Assembly: GCA_964016885.1 (NCBI GenBank)
Contig: OZ024743.1
Span: 378,758,001-378,822,000, forward strand
Direction: 5' to 3'
DNA from: Eledone cirrhosa
Taxonomy: Eukaryota
DNA length: 64,000 bases
Made by a program: the position numbers and the translations under genes. The notes beneath the pieces were generated by a model, which saw nothing but the letters and a program-made list of their open reading frames with translations, ran no database searches and had not been told where the DNA came from. This document shows, in pieces, positions 13,401-27,000 of this stretch. Position 1 is the stretch's first letter. The number at the start of each line of letters is the position of its first letter.

Positions 13401-16400
13401 CTACACTAGAGAGAGAGAGAATTTTACACCCCACCACTATCCCATTTTCTCCTAAACTAGAGAGAGATAGAGTTTTACACCCCACAACTACCCCAGTTTC
13501 TCCTACAATAGAGAGAGAGAGAGAGAGAGTTTTACACCCCACCACTGCCCCAGTTTCTCCTACATTAGAGACAGAGAGAGTTTTACACCCCACCACTACC
13601 CCAGTATCTCCTGCACTAGAGAGAGAGTTTTACACCCCACCACTACTCCAGTTTCTCCTACATTGGAGACAGAGAGAGTTTTACACCCCACCACTGCCCC
13701 AGTTTCTCCTACATTAGAGACAGAGAGAGTTTTACATCCCACCACTACCCCAGTTTCTCCTACGCTAGAGAGAGAGTTTTACACCCCACCACTACCCCAG
13801 TTTCTCCTACGCTAGAGAGAGAGTTTTACACCCCACCACTACCCCCACTTTCTCCTACACTAAAGAGAGAGTTCTACTCCCACCACTACCCCAGTTTCTC
13901 CTACACTAGAGAGAGAGAGTGAGTTTTACACCCCACCACTACCCCAGTTTCTCCTACACTAGAGATAGAGTTTTACACCCCCACCACTACCCCAGTTTCT
14001 CCTAAACTAGAGAGAGAGAGACAGTTTTACACCCCACCCCTACCCCAGTTTCTCCTAAACTAGAGAGAGAGTTTTACACCTCACCCCTACCCCAGTTTCT
14101 CCTACACTAGAGAGAGAGAGTGAGTTTTACACCCCACCCCTACCCCAGTTTCTCCTACACTAGAGAGAGAGAGAGAGTTTTACACCCCACCACTACCCCA
14201 GTTTCTCCTACACTAGAGAGAGAGAGAGAGAGTTTTACACCCCACCACTACCCCAGTTTCTCCTACACTAGAGAGAGAGAAAGTTTTAAACCCCACCACT
14301 AACCCAGTTTCTCCCACACTAGAGAGAGAGAGAGAGAGTTTTACACCCCACCACTACCCCAGTTTCTCCTACACTAGAGAGAGAGAGAGAGAGTTTTAAA
14401 CCCCACCACTACCCCAGTTTCTCCTACACTAGAGAGAGAGAGAGAGTTTTACACCCCACCACTACCCCAGTTTCTCCTACACTAGAGAGAGAGAGAATTT
14501 TACACCCCACCACTACCCCAGTTTCTCCTACACTAGAGAGAGAGAGAGAGTTTTACACCCCACCACTACCACAGTTTCTCCTACACTAGAGAGAGAGTTT
14601 TACACCCCACCACTACCCCAGTTTCTCCTACGCTAGAGAGAGAGAGAAAGTTTTACACCCCACCACTACACCAGTTTCTCCTACACTAGAGAGAGACAGA
14701 GAGAGTTTTACACCCCACCCCTACCCCAGTTTCTCCTACACTAGAGAGAGAGAGAGTGAGTTTTTCACCCCACCCTACCCCAGTTTCTCCTACACTAGAG
14801 AGAGAGAGAGAGTTTTACACCCCACCACTACCCCAGTTTCTCCTACACTAGAGAGTTTTACACCGCACCACTACCCCAGTTTCTCCTACACTAGAGAGAG
14901 AGTTTTACACCCCACCACTACCCCAGTTTCTCATACACTAGAGAGAGAGTTTTACACCCCACCACTACCCCAGTTTCTCCTACACTAGAGAGAGAGTTTT
15001 ACACCCCACCACTACCCCAGTTTCTCCTACACTAGAGAGAGCGTTTTACACCCCACCACTACCCCAGTTTCTCCTACACTAGAGAGAGAGTGATTTTTAC
15101 ACCCCACCACTACCCCATTTTCTCCTAAACTAGAGAGAGATAGAGTTTTACACCCCCACTACTACCCCAGTTTATCCTACACTAGAGAGAGAGAGAATTT
15201 TAAACCCCACCACTACCCCAGTTTCTCCTACACTAGAGAGAGAGAGAGTTTTACACCGCACCACTACCCCATTTTTTCCTACACTAGAGAGAGAGAGAGT
15301 TTTACACCCCCACAACTACCCCAGTTTCTCCTACACTAGAAAGAGAGAGAGAGTTTTACACCCCACCACTGCCCCAGTTTCTCCTACATTAGAGACAGAG
15401 AGAGTTTTACACCCCACCATTACCCCAGTTTCTCCTACGCTAGAGAGAGAGTTTTACACCCCACCACTACCCCAGTTTCTCCTACACTAGAGAGAGAGTT
15501 TTACACCCCACCACTACCCCAGTTTCTCCTACGCTAGAGAGAGAGAGAGTTTTACACCCCACCACTACCCCAGTTTCTCCTACACTAGAGAGAGAGTTTT
15601 ACACCCCACCACTACCCCAGTTTCTCCTACACTAGAGAGAGAGTTTTGCACCCCACCACTACCCCAGTTTCTCCTACACTAGAGAGAGAGAGAGTTTTAC
15701 ACCCCACCACTACCCCAGTTTCTCCTACACTAGAGAGAGAGTTTTACACCCCACCACTACCCCAGTTTCTCCTACGCTAGAGAGAGAGGGAGTTTTACAC
15801 CCCACCACTACCCCAGTTTCTCCTACGCTAGAGAGAGAGTTTTACACCCCACCACTACCCCAGTTTCTCCTACACTAGAGAGAGAGTTTTACACCCCACC
15901 ACTACCCCAGTTTCTCCTACGCTAGAGAGAGAGAGAGTTTTACACCCCACCACTACCCCAGTTTCTCCTACACTAGAGAGAGAGTTTTACACCCCACCAC
16001 TACCCCAGTTTCTCCTACACTAGAGAGAGAGTTTTACACCCCACCACTACCCCAGTTTCTCCTACACTAGAGAGAGAGTTTTGCACCCCACCACTACCCC
16101 AGTTTCTCCTACACTAGAGAGAAAGTTTTGCACCCCACCACTACCCCAGTTTCTCCTACACTAGAGAGAGAGTTTTACACCCCACCACTACCCCAGTTTC
16201 TCCTACGCTAGAGAGAGAGAGTTTTACACCCCACCACTACCCCACTTTCTCCTACACTAAAGAGAGAGTTTTACTCCCACCACTACCCCAGTTTCTCCTA
16301 CACTAGAGAGAGAGAGAGAGTTTTTCACCCCACCACCACCCCAGTTTCTCCTACACTAGAGAGAGAGAGAGAGTTTTACACCCCACCCCTACCCCAGTTT

Positions 16401-18000
16401 CTCCTACACTAGAGAGAGAGAGTTTTACACCCCACCACTACCCCAGTTTCTCCTACACTGGAGATAGAGTTTTACACCCCACCCCTACGCCAGTTTTCCT
16501 ACGCTAGAGAGAGAGAGTTTTACACCCCACCACTACCCCAGTTTCTCCTACACTGGAGATAGAGTTTTACACCCCACCCCTACGCCAGTTTTCCTACGCT
16601 AGAGAGAGTTTTACACCCCACCACTACCCCAGTTTCTCCTACACTGGAGATAGAGTTTTACACCCCACCCCTACGCCAGTTTTCCTACGCTAGAGAGAGA
16701 GAGTTTTACACCGCACCACTACCCCAGTTTCTCCTACACTAGAGAGAGAGAGAGAGTTTTACACACCACCCCTACCCCAGTTTCTCCTACACTAGAGAGA
16801 GAGAGAGAGTTTTACACCCCACCCCTACCCCAGTTTCTCCTACACTAGAGAGAGAGAGAGAGTTTTACACCCCACCCCTACCCCAGTTTCTCCTACACTA
16901 GAGAGAGAGAGAGAGTTTTACACCCCACCCCTACCCCAGTTTCTCCTACACTAGAGAGAGAGAGAGAATTTTACACCCCACCACTACCCCAGTTTCTCCT
17001 ACACTGGAGATAGAGTTTTACACACCACCCCTACCCCAGTTTCTCCTACACTAGAGAGAGAGAGAGAGTTTTACACCCCACCCCTACCCCAGTTTCTCCT
17101 ACACTAGAGAGAGAGAGACAGTTTTACACCCCACCCCTACCCCAGTTTCTCCTACACTAGAGAGAGAGAGACAGTTTTACACCCCACCCCTACCCCAGTT
17201 TCTCCTAAACTAGAGAGAGAGTTTTACACCCCACCCCTACCCCAGTTTCTCCTACACTAGAGAGAGAGTTTTACACCCCACCCCTACCCCAGTTTCTCCT
17301 ACACTAGAGAGAGAGAGTTTTACACCCCACCACTACCCCAGTTTCTCCTACACTAGAGAGAGAGTTTTACACCCCCACCCCTACCCCAGTTTCTCCTACA
17401 CTAGAGAGAGAGTTTTACACCCCACCCCTACCCCAGTTTCTCCTACACTAGAGAGAGAGAGTTTTACACCCCACCCCTACCCCAGTTTCTCCTACACTAG
17501 AGAGAGAGAGTGAGTTTTACACCCCACCCCTACCCCAGTTTCTCCTATACTAGAGAGAGAGTTTTACACCCCACCTCTACCCCAGTTTCTCCTACACTAG
17601 AGAGAAAGAGTTTTACACCCCACCCCTACCCCAGTTTCTCCTACACTAGAGAGAGAGAGTGAGTTTTACACCCCACCCCTACCCCAGTTTCTCCTACACT
17701 AGAGAGAGAGAGTGAGTTTTACACCCCACCCCTACCCCAGTTTCTCCTACACTAGAGAGAGAGAGTGAGTTTTACACCCCACCCCTACCCCAGTTTCTCC
17801 TACACTAGAGAGAGAGAGAGAGTTTTACACCCCACCACTACCCCAGTTTCTCCTACACTAGAGAGAGAGAGTGAGTTTTACACCCCCACCCCTACCCCAG
17901 TTTCTCCTCCACTAGAGAGAGAGTTTTACACCGCACCACTACCCCAGCTTCTCCTACACTAGAGAGAGAGAGAATTTTACACCCCACCCCTACCCCAGTT
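13400..18000. repeat. Variant domain B: locally homogenised runs without a clear kb-scale period
   Basis: A TACGCTAG-rich run (~15.4-16.2 kb), a CTGGAGATAG dimer (~16.4-16.7 kb) and a run dominated by CCCCACCCCTACCCC monomers (~16.75-17.9 kb). Confidence 0.65.
16423..16703. repeat. Dimeric higher-order repeat (~91-95 bp) x3
   Basis: CTGGAGATAG at 16458, 16553 and 16644, each followed by a CCCTACGCCAGTTTTCCTACGCT monomer. Confidence 0.85.
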
Positions 18001-21000
18001 TCTCCTACTCTAGAGAGAGAGAGAGTTTTACACCCCACCACTACCCCAGTTTCTCCTACACTAGAGAGAGAAAGAGATTTAAATTCCACCCCTACCCCAG
18101 TTTCTCCTACACTAGAGAGAGAGAGAGAGTTTTACACCCCACCACTACCCCAGTTTCTCCTACACTAGAGAGAGAGAGAGTGTTTTACACCCCACCCCTA
18201 CCCCAGTTTCTCCTACACTAGAGAGAGAGAGAGAGTTTTACACCCCTCCACTACCCCAGTTTCTCCTACACTAAAGAGAGAGAGAGAGAGTTTTACACCC
18301 CACCCCTACCCCAGTTTCTCCTAGTCTAGAGAGAGAGAGAGAGTTTTACACCCCACCCCTACCCCAGTTTCTCCTACACTAGAGGGAGAGAGAGAGTTTT
18401 ACACCCCACCCCTACCCCAGTTTCTCCTACACTAGAGAGAGAGAGTTTTACACCCCTCCACTACCCCAGTTTCTCCTACACTTAAGAGAGAGAGGCAGAG
18501 TTTTACACCCCACCCCTACCCCAGTTTGTCCTACTCTAGAGAGAGAGAGAGAGTTTTACACCCCACCCCTACCCCAGTTTCTCCTACACTAGAGAGAGAG
18601 AGACAGAGTTTTACACTCCACCACTACCCCAGTTTCTCCTACACTAGAGAGAGAGAGAGACTGTTTTACACCCCACCCCTACCCCAGTTTCTCCTACACT
18701 AGAGAGAGAGTTTTACACCCCACCCCTACCCCAGTTTCTCCTACACTAGAGAGAGACTGTTTTACACCCCACCCCTACCCCAGTTTCTCCTACACTAGAG
18801 AGATCATTTTACACCCCACCATTACCCCAGTCTCTCCTACACTAGAGAGAGAGAGATTTTTACACCCCACCACAACCCAGTTTCTCCTACAATAGAGAGA
18901 GAGAGAGAGTTTTACACACCACCGCTACCCCAGTTTCTCCTACACTAGAGAGAGAGTTTTGCACCCCACCACTACCCCAGTTTCTGCTACACTGGAGAGA
19001 GAGTTTTACACCCCACCACTACCCCAGTTTCTCCTACACTAGAGAGAGAGTTTTACACCCCACCATTACCCCAGTTTCTCCTACACTAGAGAGAGAGTTT
19101 TACATCCCACCACTACCCCAGTTTCTCCTACACTAGAGAGAGAGTTTTGCACCCCACCACTACCCCAGTTTCTCCTACACTAGAGAGAGAGTTTTGCACC
19201 CCACCACTACCCCAGTTTCTCCTACACTAGAGAGAGAGTTTTGCACCCCACCATTACCCCAGTTTCTCCTACACTAGAGAGAGAGTTTTACACCCCACCA
19301 CTCCCCCGTTTCTCCTGCACCAGAGATAGAGAGAGTGTTTTACACCCCACCACTACCCCAGTTTCTCCTATACTACAGAGAGAGAGAGTTTTACACCCCA
19401 CCACTACCCCAGTTTCTCCTACAATAGAGAGAGAGAGAGAGTTTTACACCCCACCGCTACCCAAGTTTCTCCTACACTAGAGAGAGAGTTTTGCACCCCA
19501 CCACTACCCCAGTTTCTCCTACACTAGAGAGAGAGTTTTGCACCCCACCACTACCCCAGTTTCTCCTACACTAGAGAGAGAGTTTTGCACCCCACCACTG
19601 CCCCAGTTTCTCCTACACTAGAGAGAGAGTTTTACACCCCACCATTACCCCAGTTTCTCCTACACTAGAGAGAGAATTTTACACCCCACCACTACCCCAG
19701 TTTCTCCTGCACCAGAGATAGAGAGAGTGTTTTACACCCCACCACTACCCCAGTTTCTCCAACACTAGAGAGAGAGAGAGTTTTACACCCCACCCCTACC
19801 CCAGTTTCTCCTACACTAGAGAGAGTGTTTTAAACCCCACCCCTACCCCAGTTTCTCCTACACTTAAGAGAGAGAGAGTTTTACACCCCACCCCTACCCC
19901 AGTTTCTCCTCTTCTAGAGAGAGAGAGAGAGAGTTTTACACCCCACCCCTAACCCAGTTTCTCCTACACTAGAGAGAGAGAGTTTGACACCCCACCACTA
20001 CCCCAGTTTCTCCTACACTAGAGAGAGAGAGAGAGTTTTACACCCCTCCACTACCCCAGTTTCTCCTACACTTAAGAGAGAGAGAGAGAGTGTTACACCC
20101 CACCCCTACCCCAGTTTCTCCTACTCTAGAGAGAGAGAGAGAGTTTTACACCCCACCCCTACCCCAGTTTCTCCTACACTAGAGAGAGAGAGTTTTACAC
20201 CCCTCCACTACCCCAGTTTCTCCTACACTTAAGAGAGAGAGAGAGAGTTTTACACCCCACCCCTACCCCAGTTTGTCCTACTCTAGAGAGAGAGAGAGAG
20301 TTTTACACCCCACCCCTACCCCAATTTCTCCTACACTAGAGAGAGAGAGACAGAGTTTTACACCCCACCACTACCCCAGTTTCTCCTACACTAGAGAGAG
20401 AGTTTTACACCCCACCCCTACCCCAGTTTCTCCTACACTAGAGAGAGAGTTTTACACCCCACCCCTACCCCGGTTTCTCCTACACTAGAGAGAGACTGTT
20501 TTACACCCCACCATTACCCCAGTTCTCCTACACTAGAGAGAGAGAGATTTTTACACCCCACCACAACCCAGTTTCTCCTACAATAGAGAGAGAGAGAGAG
20601 TTTTACACCCCACCACTGCCCCAGTTTCTCCTACACTAGAGAGAGAGAGAGTTTTACACCTCCACCACTACCCCATTTTCTCCTACACTAGAGAGAGAGA
20701 GAGTTTTACACCTCCACCACTACCCCATTTTCTCCTAAACTAGAGAGAGAGTTTTACACCCCACCACTACCCCAGTTTCTCCTACACTAGAGAGAGAGTT
20801 TTACACCCCACCACTACCCCAGTTTCTCCTACACTAGAGAGAGAGTTTTATACACCACCACTACCCCAGTTTCTCCTACAATAGAGTGAGAGAGAGAGTT
20901 TTACACCCCACCATTACCCCAGTTTCTCCTACACTAGAGAGAGAGTTTTGCACACCACTACTACCCCAGTTTCTCCTACACTAGAGAGAGAGTTTTACAC

Positions 21001-24000
21001 CCCACCACTACCCCAGTTTCTCCTACACTAGAGAGAGAGTTTTACACCCCACCATTACCCCAGTTTCTCCTACACTAGAGAGAGAGTTTTACACCCCACC
21101 CCTACCCCAGTTTCTCCTACACTAGAGAGAGAGTTTTGCATCCCACCACTACCCCAGTTTCTCCTACACTAGAGAGATAGTTTTGCACCCCACCACTACC
21201 CCAGTTTTTCCTACACTAGAGAGAGAGTTTTGCACCCCACCACTACCCCAGTTTCTCCTACACTAGAGAGAGAGTTTTACACCCCACCACTACCCCAGTT
21301 TCTCCTACAATAGAGAGAGAGAGTTTTACACCCCACCACTACCCCAGTTTCTCCTACACTAGAGAGAGAGTTTTGCACCCCACCACTACCCCAGTTTCTC
21401 CTACACTCGAGAGAGAGTTTTACACCCCACCACTACCCCAGTTTCTCCTACACTAGAGAGAGAGTTTTACACCCCACCATTACCCCAGTTTCTCCTACAC
21501 TAGAGAGAGAGAGAGTTTTACACCCCACCACTACCCCAGTTTCTCCTACACTAGAGAGAGAGAGAGAGTTTTACACCCCACCACTACCCCAGTTTCTCCT
21601 ACACTAGAGAGAGAGTTTTACACCCCACCATTACCCCAGTTTCTCCTACACTAGAGAGAGAGTTTTACACCCCACCACTACCCCAGTTTCTCCTACACTA
21701 GAGAGAGAGTTTTACACCCCACCATTACCCCAGTTTCTCCTACACTAGAGAGAGAGTTTTACACCCCACCACTACCCCAGTTTCTCCTGCACCAGAGATA
21801 GAGAGAGTGTTTTACACCCCACCACTACCCCAGTTTCTCCAACACTAGAGAGAGAGAGAGTTTTGCACCCCACCACTACCCCAGTTTCTCCAACACTAGG
21901 GAGAGAGAGTGTTTTACACCCCACCATTACCCCAGTTTCTCCAACACTAGAGAGAGAGAGAGTTTTGCACCCCACCACTACCCCAGTTTCTCCAACACTA
22001 GAGAGAGAGAGAGTTTTACACCCCTCCACTACCCCAGTTTCTCCTACACTTAAGAGAGAGAGAGAGAGTTTTACACCCCACCCCTACCCCAGTTTCTCCT
22101 ACTCTAGAGAGAGAGAGAGAGTTTTACACCCCACCCCTACCCCAGTTTCTCCTACACTAGAGAGAGAGAGAGAGTTTTACACCCCACCCCTACCCCAGTT
22201 TCTCCTACACTAGAGAGAGAGAGTTTTACACCCCTCCACTATCCCAGTTTCTCCTACACTTAAGAGAGAGAGAGAGAGTTTTACACCCCACCCCTACCCC
22301 AGTTTCTCCTACTCTAGAGAGAGAGAGTTTTACACCCCACCCCTACCTCAGTTTCTCCTACACTAGAGAGAGAGAGACAGAGTTTTACACCCCACCACTA
22401 CCCCAGTTTCTCCTACACTAGAGAGAGAGTTTTACACCCCACCCCTAGCCCAGTTTCTCCTACACTAGAAAGAGAGAGAGACTGTTTTACACCCCACCCC
22501 TACCCCAGTTTCTCCTACACTAGAGAGAGAGAGAGTTTTAAACCCCACCACTACCCCAGTTTCTCCTACACTAGAGAGAGAGGGCGTTTTACACCGCACC
22601 ACTACCCCAGTTTCTCCTACACTAGAGAGAGAGAGAGTTTTACACCGCACCACTACCCCAGTTTCTCCTACACTAGAGATAGGGAGAATTTTACACCCCA
22701 CCTTTACCCCAGTTTCTCCTACACTAGAGAGAGAGAGAGAGTTTTACACCCCTCCACTACCCCAGTTCCTCCTACACTTAAGAGAGAGAGAGAGAGAGAG
22801 TTTTACACCCCACCCCTACCCCAGTTTCTCCTACTCTAGAGAGAGAGAGAGAGTTTTACACCCCACCACTACCCCGGTTTCTCCTACACTAGAGAGAGAG
22901 AGAGTTTTAAACCCCACCCCTACCCCAGTTTCTCCTACACTAGAGAGAGAGAGAGAGTTTTACACCCCACCAATACCCCAGTTTCTCCTACACTAGAGAG
23001 AGAGAGAGAGTTTTACACCCCACCCCTACCCCAGTTTCTCCTACACTAGAGAGAGAGAGAGAGTTTTACACCCCTCCACTACCCCAGTTTCTCCTACACT
23101 TAAGAGAGAGAGAGAGAGTTTTACACCCCACCCCTACCCCAGTTTCTCCTACTCTAGAGAGAGAGAGAGAGTTTTACACCCCACCCCTACCCCAGTTTCT
23201 CCTACACTAGAGAGAGAGAGTTTTACACCCCTCCACTACCCCAGTTTCTCCTACACTTAAGAGAGAGAGAGAGAGTTTTACACCCCACCCCTACCCCAGT
23301 TTGTCCTACTCTAGAGAGAGAGAGAGAGTTTTACACCCCACCCCTACCCCAGTTTCTCCAACACTAGAGAGAGAGAGACAGAGTTTTACACCCCACCACT
23401 ACCCCAGTTTCTCCTACACTAGAGAGAGAGTTTTACACCCCACCCCTACCCCAGTTTCTCCTACACTAGAGAGAGAGAGAGACTGTTTTACACCCCACCC
23501 CTACCCCAGTTTCTCCTACACTAGAGAGAGAGTTTTACACCCCACCCCTACCCCAGTTTCTCCTACACTAGAGAGAGACTGTTTTACACCCCACCCCTAC
23601 CCCAGTTTCTCCTACACTAGAGAGATCGTTTTACACCCCACCATTACCCCAGTTTCTCCTACACTAGAGAGAGAGAGATTTTTACACCCCACCACAACCC
23701 AGTTTCTCCTACACTAGAGAGAGAGAGAGTTTTAAACCCCACCACTACCCCAGTTTCTCCTACACTAGAGAGAGAGGTCGTTTTACACCGCACCACTACC
23801 CCAGTTTCTCCTACACTAGAGAGAGAGAGAGTTTTACACCGCACCACTACCCCAGTTTCTCCTACACTAGAGATAGAGAGAATTTTACACCCCACCTTTA
23901 CCCCAGTTTCTCCTACACTAGAGAGAGAGAGAGTTTTACACCGCACCACTACCCCAGTTTCTCCTACACTAGAGAGAGAGAGAGTTTTACACCCCACCAC

Positions 24001-27000
24001 TACCCCAGTTTCTCCTACAATAGAGAGAGAGAGAGAGTTTTACACCCCACCACTGCCCCAGTTTCTCCTACACTAGAGAGAGAGAGAGTTTTACACCTCC
24101 ACCACTACCCCATTTTCTCCTACACTAGAGAGAGAGAGAGTTTTACACCTCCACCACTACCCCATTTTCTCCTAAACTAGAGAGAGAGAGAGTTTTACAC
24201 CCCACCACTGCCCCAGTTTCCCCTACACTAGAGAGAGAGAGAGTTTTACACCCCACCACTGCCCCAGTTTCTCCTACACTAGAGAGAGAGTTTTACACCC
24301 CACCACTACCCCAGTTTCTCCTACAATAGAGAGAGAGAGAGAGTTTTACACCCCACCGCTACCCCAGTTTCTCCTACACTAGAGAGAGAGTTTTGCACCC
24401 CACCACTACCCCAGTTTCTCCTACACTAGAGAGAGAGTTTTACACCCCACCACTACCCCAGTTTCTCCTACAATAGAGAGAGAGAGAGAGTTTTACACCC
24501 CACCGCTACCCCAGTTTCTCCTACACTAGAGAGAGAGTTTTGCACCCCACCACTACCCCAGTTTCTCCTACACTAGAGAGAGAGTTTTACACCCCACCAC
24601 TACCCCAGTTTCTCCTACACCAGAGATAGAGAGAGAGTTTTACACCCCACCACTACCCCAGTTTCTCCTATACTAGAGAGAGAGAGAGTTTTACACCCCA
24701 CCACTACCCCAGTTTCTCCTACAATAGAGAGAGAGAGAGAGTTTTACACCCCACCGCTACCCCAGTTTCTCCTACACTAGAGAGAGAGTTTTGCACCCCA
24801 CCACTACCCCAGTTTCTCCTACACTAGAGTGAGAGTTTCACACCCCACCACTACCCCAGTTTCTCCTACACTAGAGAGAGAGTTTTACACCCCACCATTA
24901 CTTCAGTTTCTCCTACACTAGAAAGAGAGTTTTACACCCCACCACTACCCCAGTTTCTCCTACACTAGAGAGAGAGTTTTGCACCCCACCACTACCCCAG
25001 TTTCTCCTACACTAGAGAGAGAGTTTTGCACCCCACCACTACCCCAGTTTCTCCTACACTAGAGAGAGAGTTTTGCACCCCACCACTACCCCAGTTTCTC
25101 CTACACTAGAGAGAGAGTTTTACACACCACCACTACCCCAGTTTCTCCTACAATAGAGAGAGAGAGATTTACACCCCACCACTACCCCAGTTTCTCCTAC
25201 ACTAGAGAGAGAGTTTTGCACCCCACCACTACCCCAGTTTCTCCTACACTAGAGAGAGAGTTTTACACCCCACCACTACCCCAGTTTCTCCTACACTAGA
25301 GAGAGAGTTTTACACCCCACCATTACCCCAGTTTCTCCTACACTAGGGAGAGAGAGAGTTTTACACCCCACCACTACCCCAGTTTCTCCTACACTAGAGA
25401 GAGAGTTTTACACCCCACTATTACCCCAGTTTCTCCTACACTAGAGAGAGAGTTTTACACCCCACCACTACCCCAGATTCTCCTGCACCAGAGATAGAGA
25501 GAGTGTTTTACACCCCACCACTACCCCAGTTTCTCCAACACTAGAGAGAGAGAGAGTTTTGCACCCCACCACTACCCCAGTTTCTCCAACACTAGAGAGA
25601 GAGAGTGTTTTACACCCCACCACTACCCCAGTTTCTCCAACACTAGAGAGAGAGAGTTTTGCACCCCACCACTACCCCAGTTTCTCCAACACCAGAGAGA
25701 GAGAGAGTTTTACACCCCACCACTACCCCAGTTTCTCCAACACTAGAGAGAGAGAGAGTTTTACACCCCTCCACTACCCCAGTTTCTCCTACACTTAAGA
25801 GAGAGAGAGAGAGTTTGACACCCCACCCCTACCCCAGTTTCTCCTACTCTAGAGAGAGAGAGAGAGTTTTACACCCCACCCCTACCCCAGTTTCTCCTAC
25901 ACTAGAGAGAGAGAGAGAGTTTTACACCCCACCCCTACCCCAGTTTCTCCTACACTAGAGAGAGAGAGTTTTACACCCCTCCACTACCTCAGTTTCTCCT
26001 ACACTTAAGAGAGAGAGAGTTTTACACCCCACCCGTACCCCAGTTTGTCCTACTCTAGAGAGAGAGAGAGAGTTTTACACCCCACCCCTACCCCAGTTTC
26101 TCCTACACTAGAGAGAGAGAGACAGAGTTTTACACCCCTCCACTACCCCAGTTTCTCCTACACTAGAGAGAGAGTTTTACACCCCACCCCTACCCCAGTT
26201 TCTCCTACACTAGAGAGAGAGAGAGACTGTTTTACAGCCCACCCCTACCCCAGTTTCTCCTACACTAGAGAGAGAGTTTTACACCCCACCCCTACCCCAG
26301 TTTCTCCTACACTAGAGAGATCGTTTTACACCCCACCATTACCCCAGTTTCTCCTACACTAGAGAGAGAGAGATTTTTACACCCCACCACAACCCAGTTT
26401 CTCCTAAACTAGAGAGAGAGAGAGTTTTAAACCCCACCACTACCCGAGTTTCTCCTACACTAGATAGAGAGGGCGTTTTACACCGCACCACTACCCCAGT
26501 TTCTCCTACACTAGAGAGAGAGAGAGTTTTACACCGCACCACTACCCCAGTTTCCCCTACACTAGAGATAGAGAGAATTTTACACCCCACCTTTACCCCA
26601 GTTTCTCCTACACCAGAGAGAGAGAGACTTTTACACCGCACCACTACCCCAGTTTCTTCTACACTAGAGAGAGAGAGAGTTTTACACCCCACCACTACCC
26701 CAGTTTCTCCTACAATAGAGAGAGAGAGAGAGTTTTACACCCCACCACTGCCCCAGTTTCTCCTACACTAGAGAGAGAGAGAGTTTTACACCTCCACCAC
26801 TACCCCATTTTCTCCTACACTAGAGAGAGAGAGAGTTTTACACCTCCACCACTACCCCATTTTCTCCTAAACTAGAGAGAGATAGAGTTTTACACCCCAC
26901 CACTACCCCAGTTTCCCCTACACTAGAGAGAGAGAGAGTTTTACACCCCACCACTACCCCAGTTTCTCCTATAATAGAGAGAGAGAGAGAGTTTTACACC

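Noticed and set aside
19947-19955. CCCTAACCC telomere-like motif
   Set aside because: It is a single substitution in one monomer, with no tandem TTAGGG array.
23301-23717. Mucin/extensin-like Pro-Thr-rich coding VNTR
   Set aside because: A coding VNTR keeps unit length a multiple of three. Here 47, 49 and 53-bp units are abundant and break the frame every few units.
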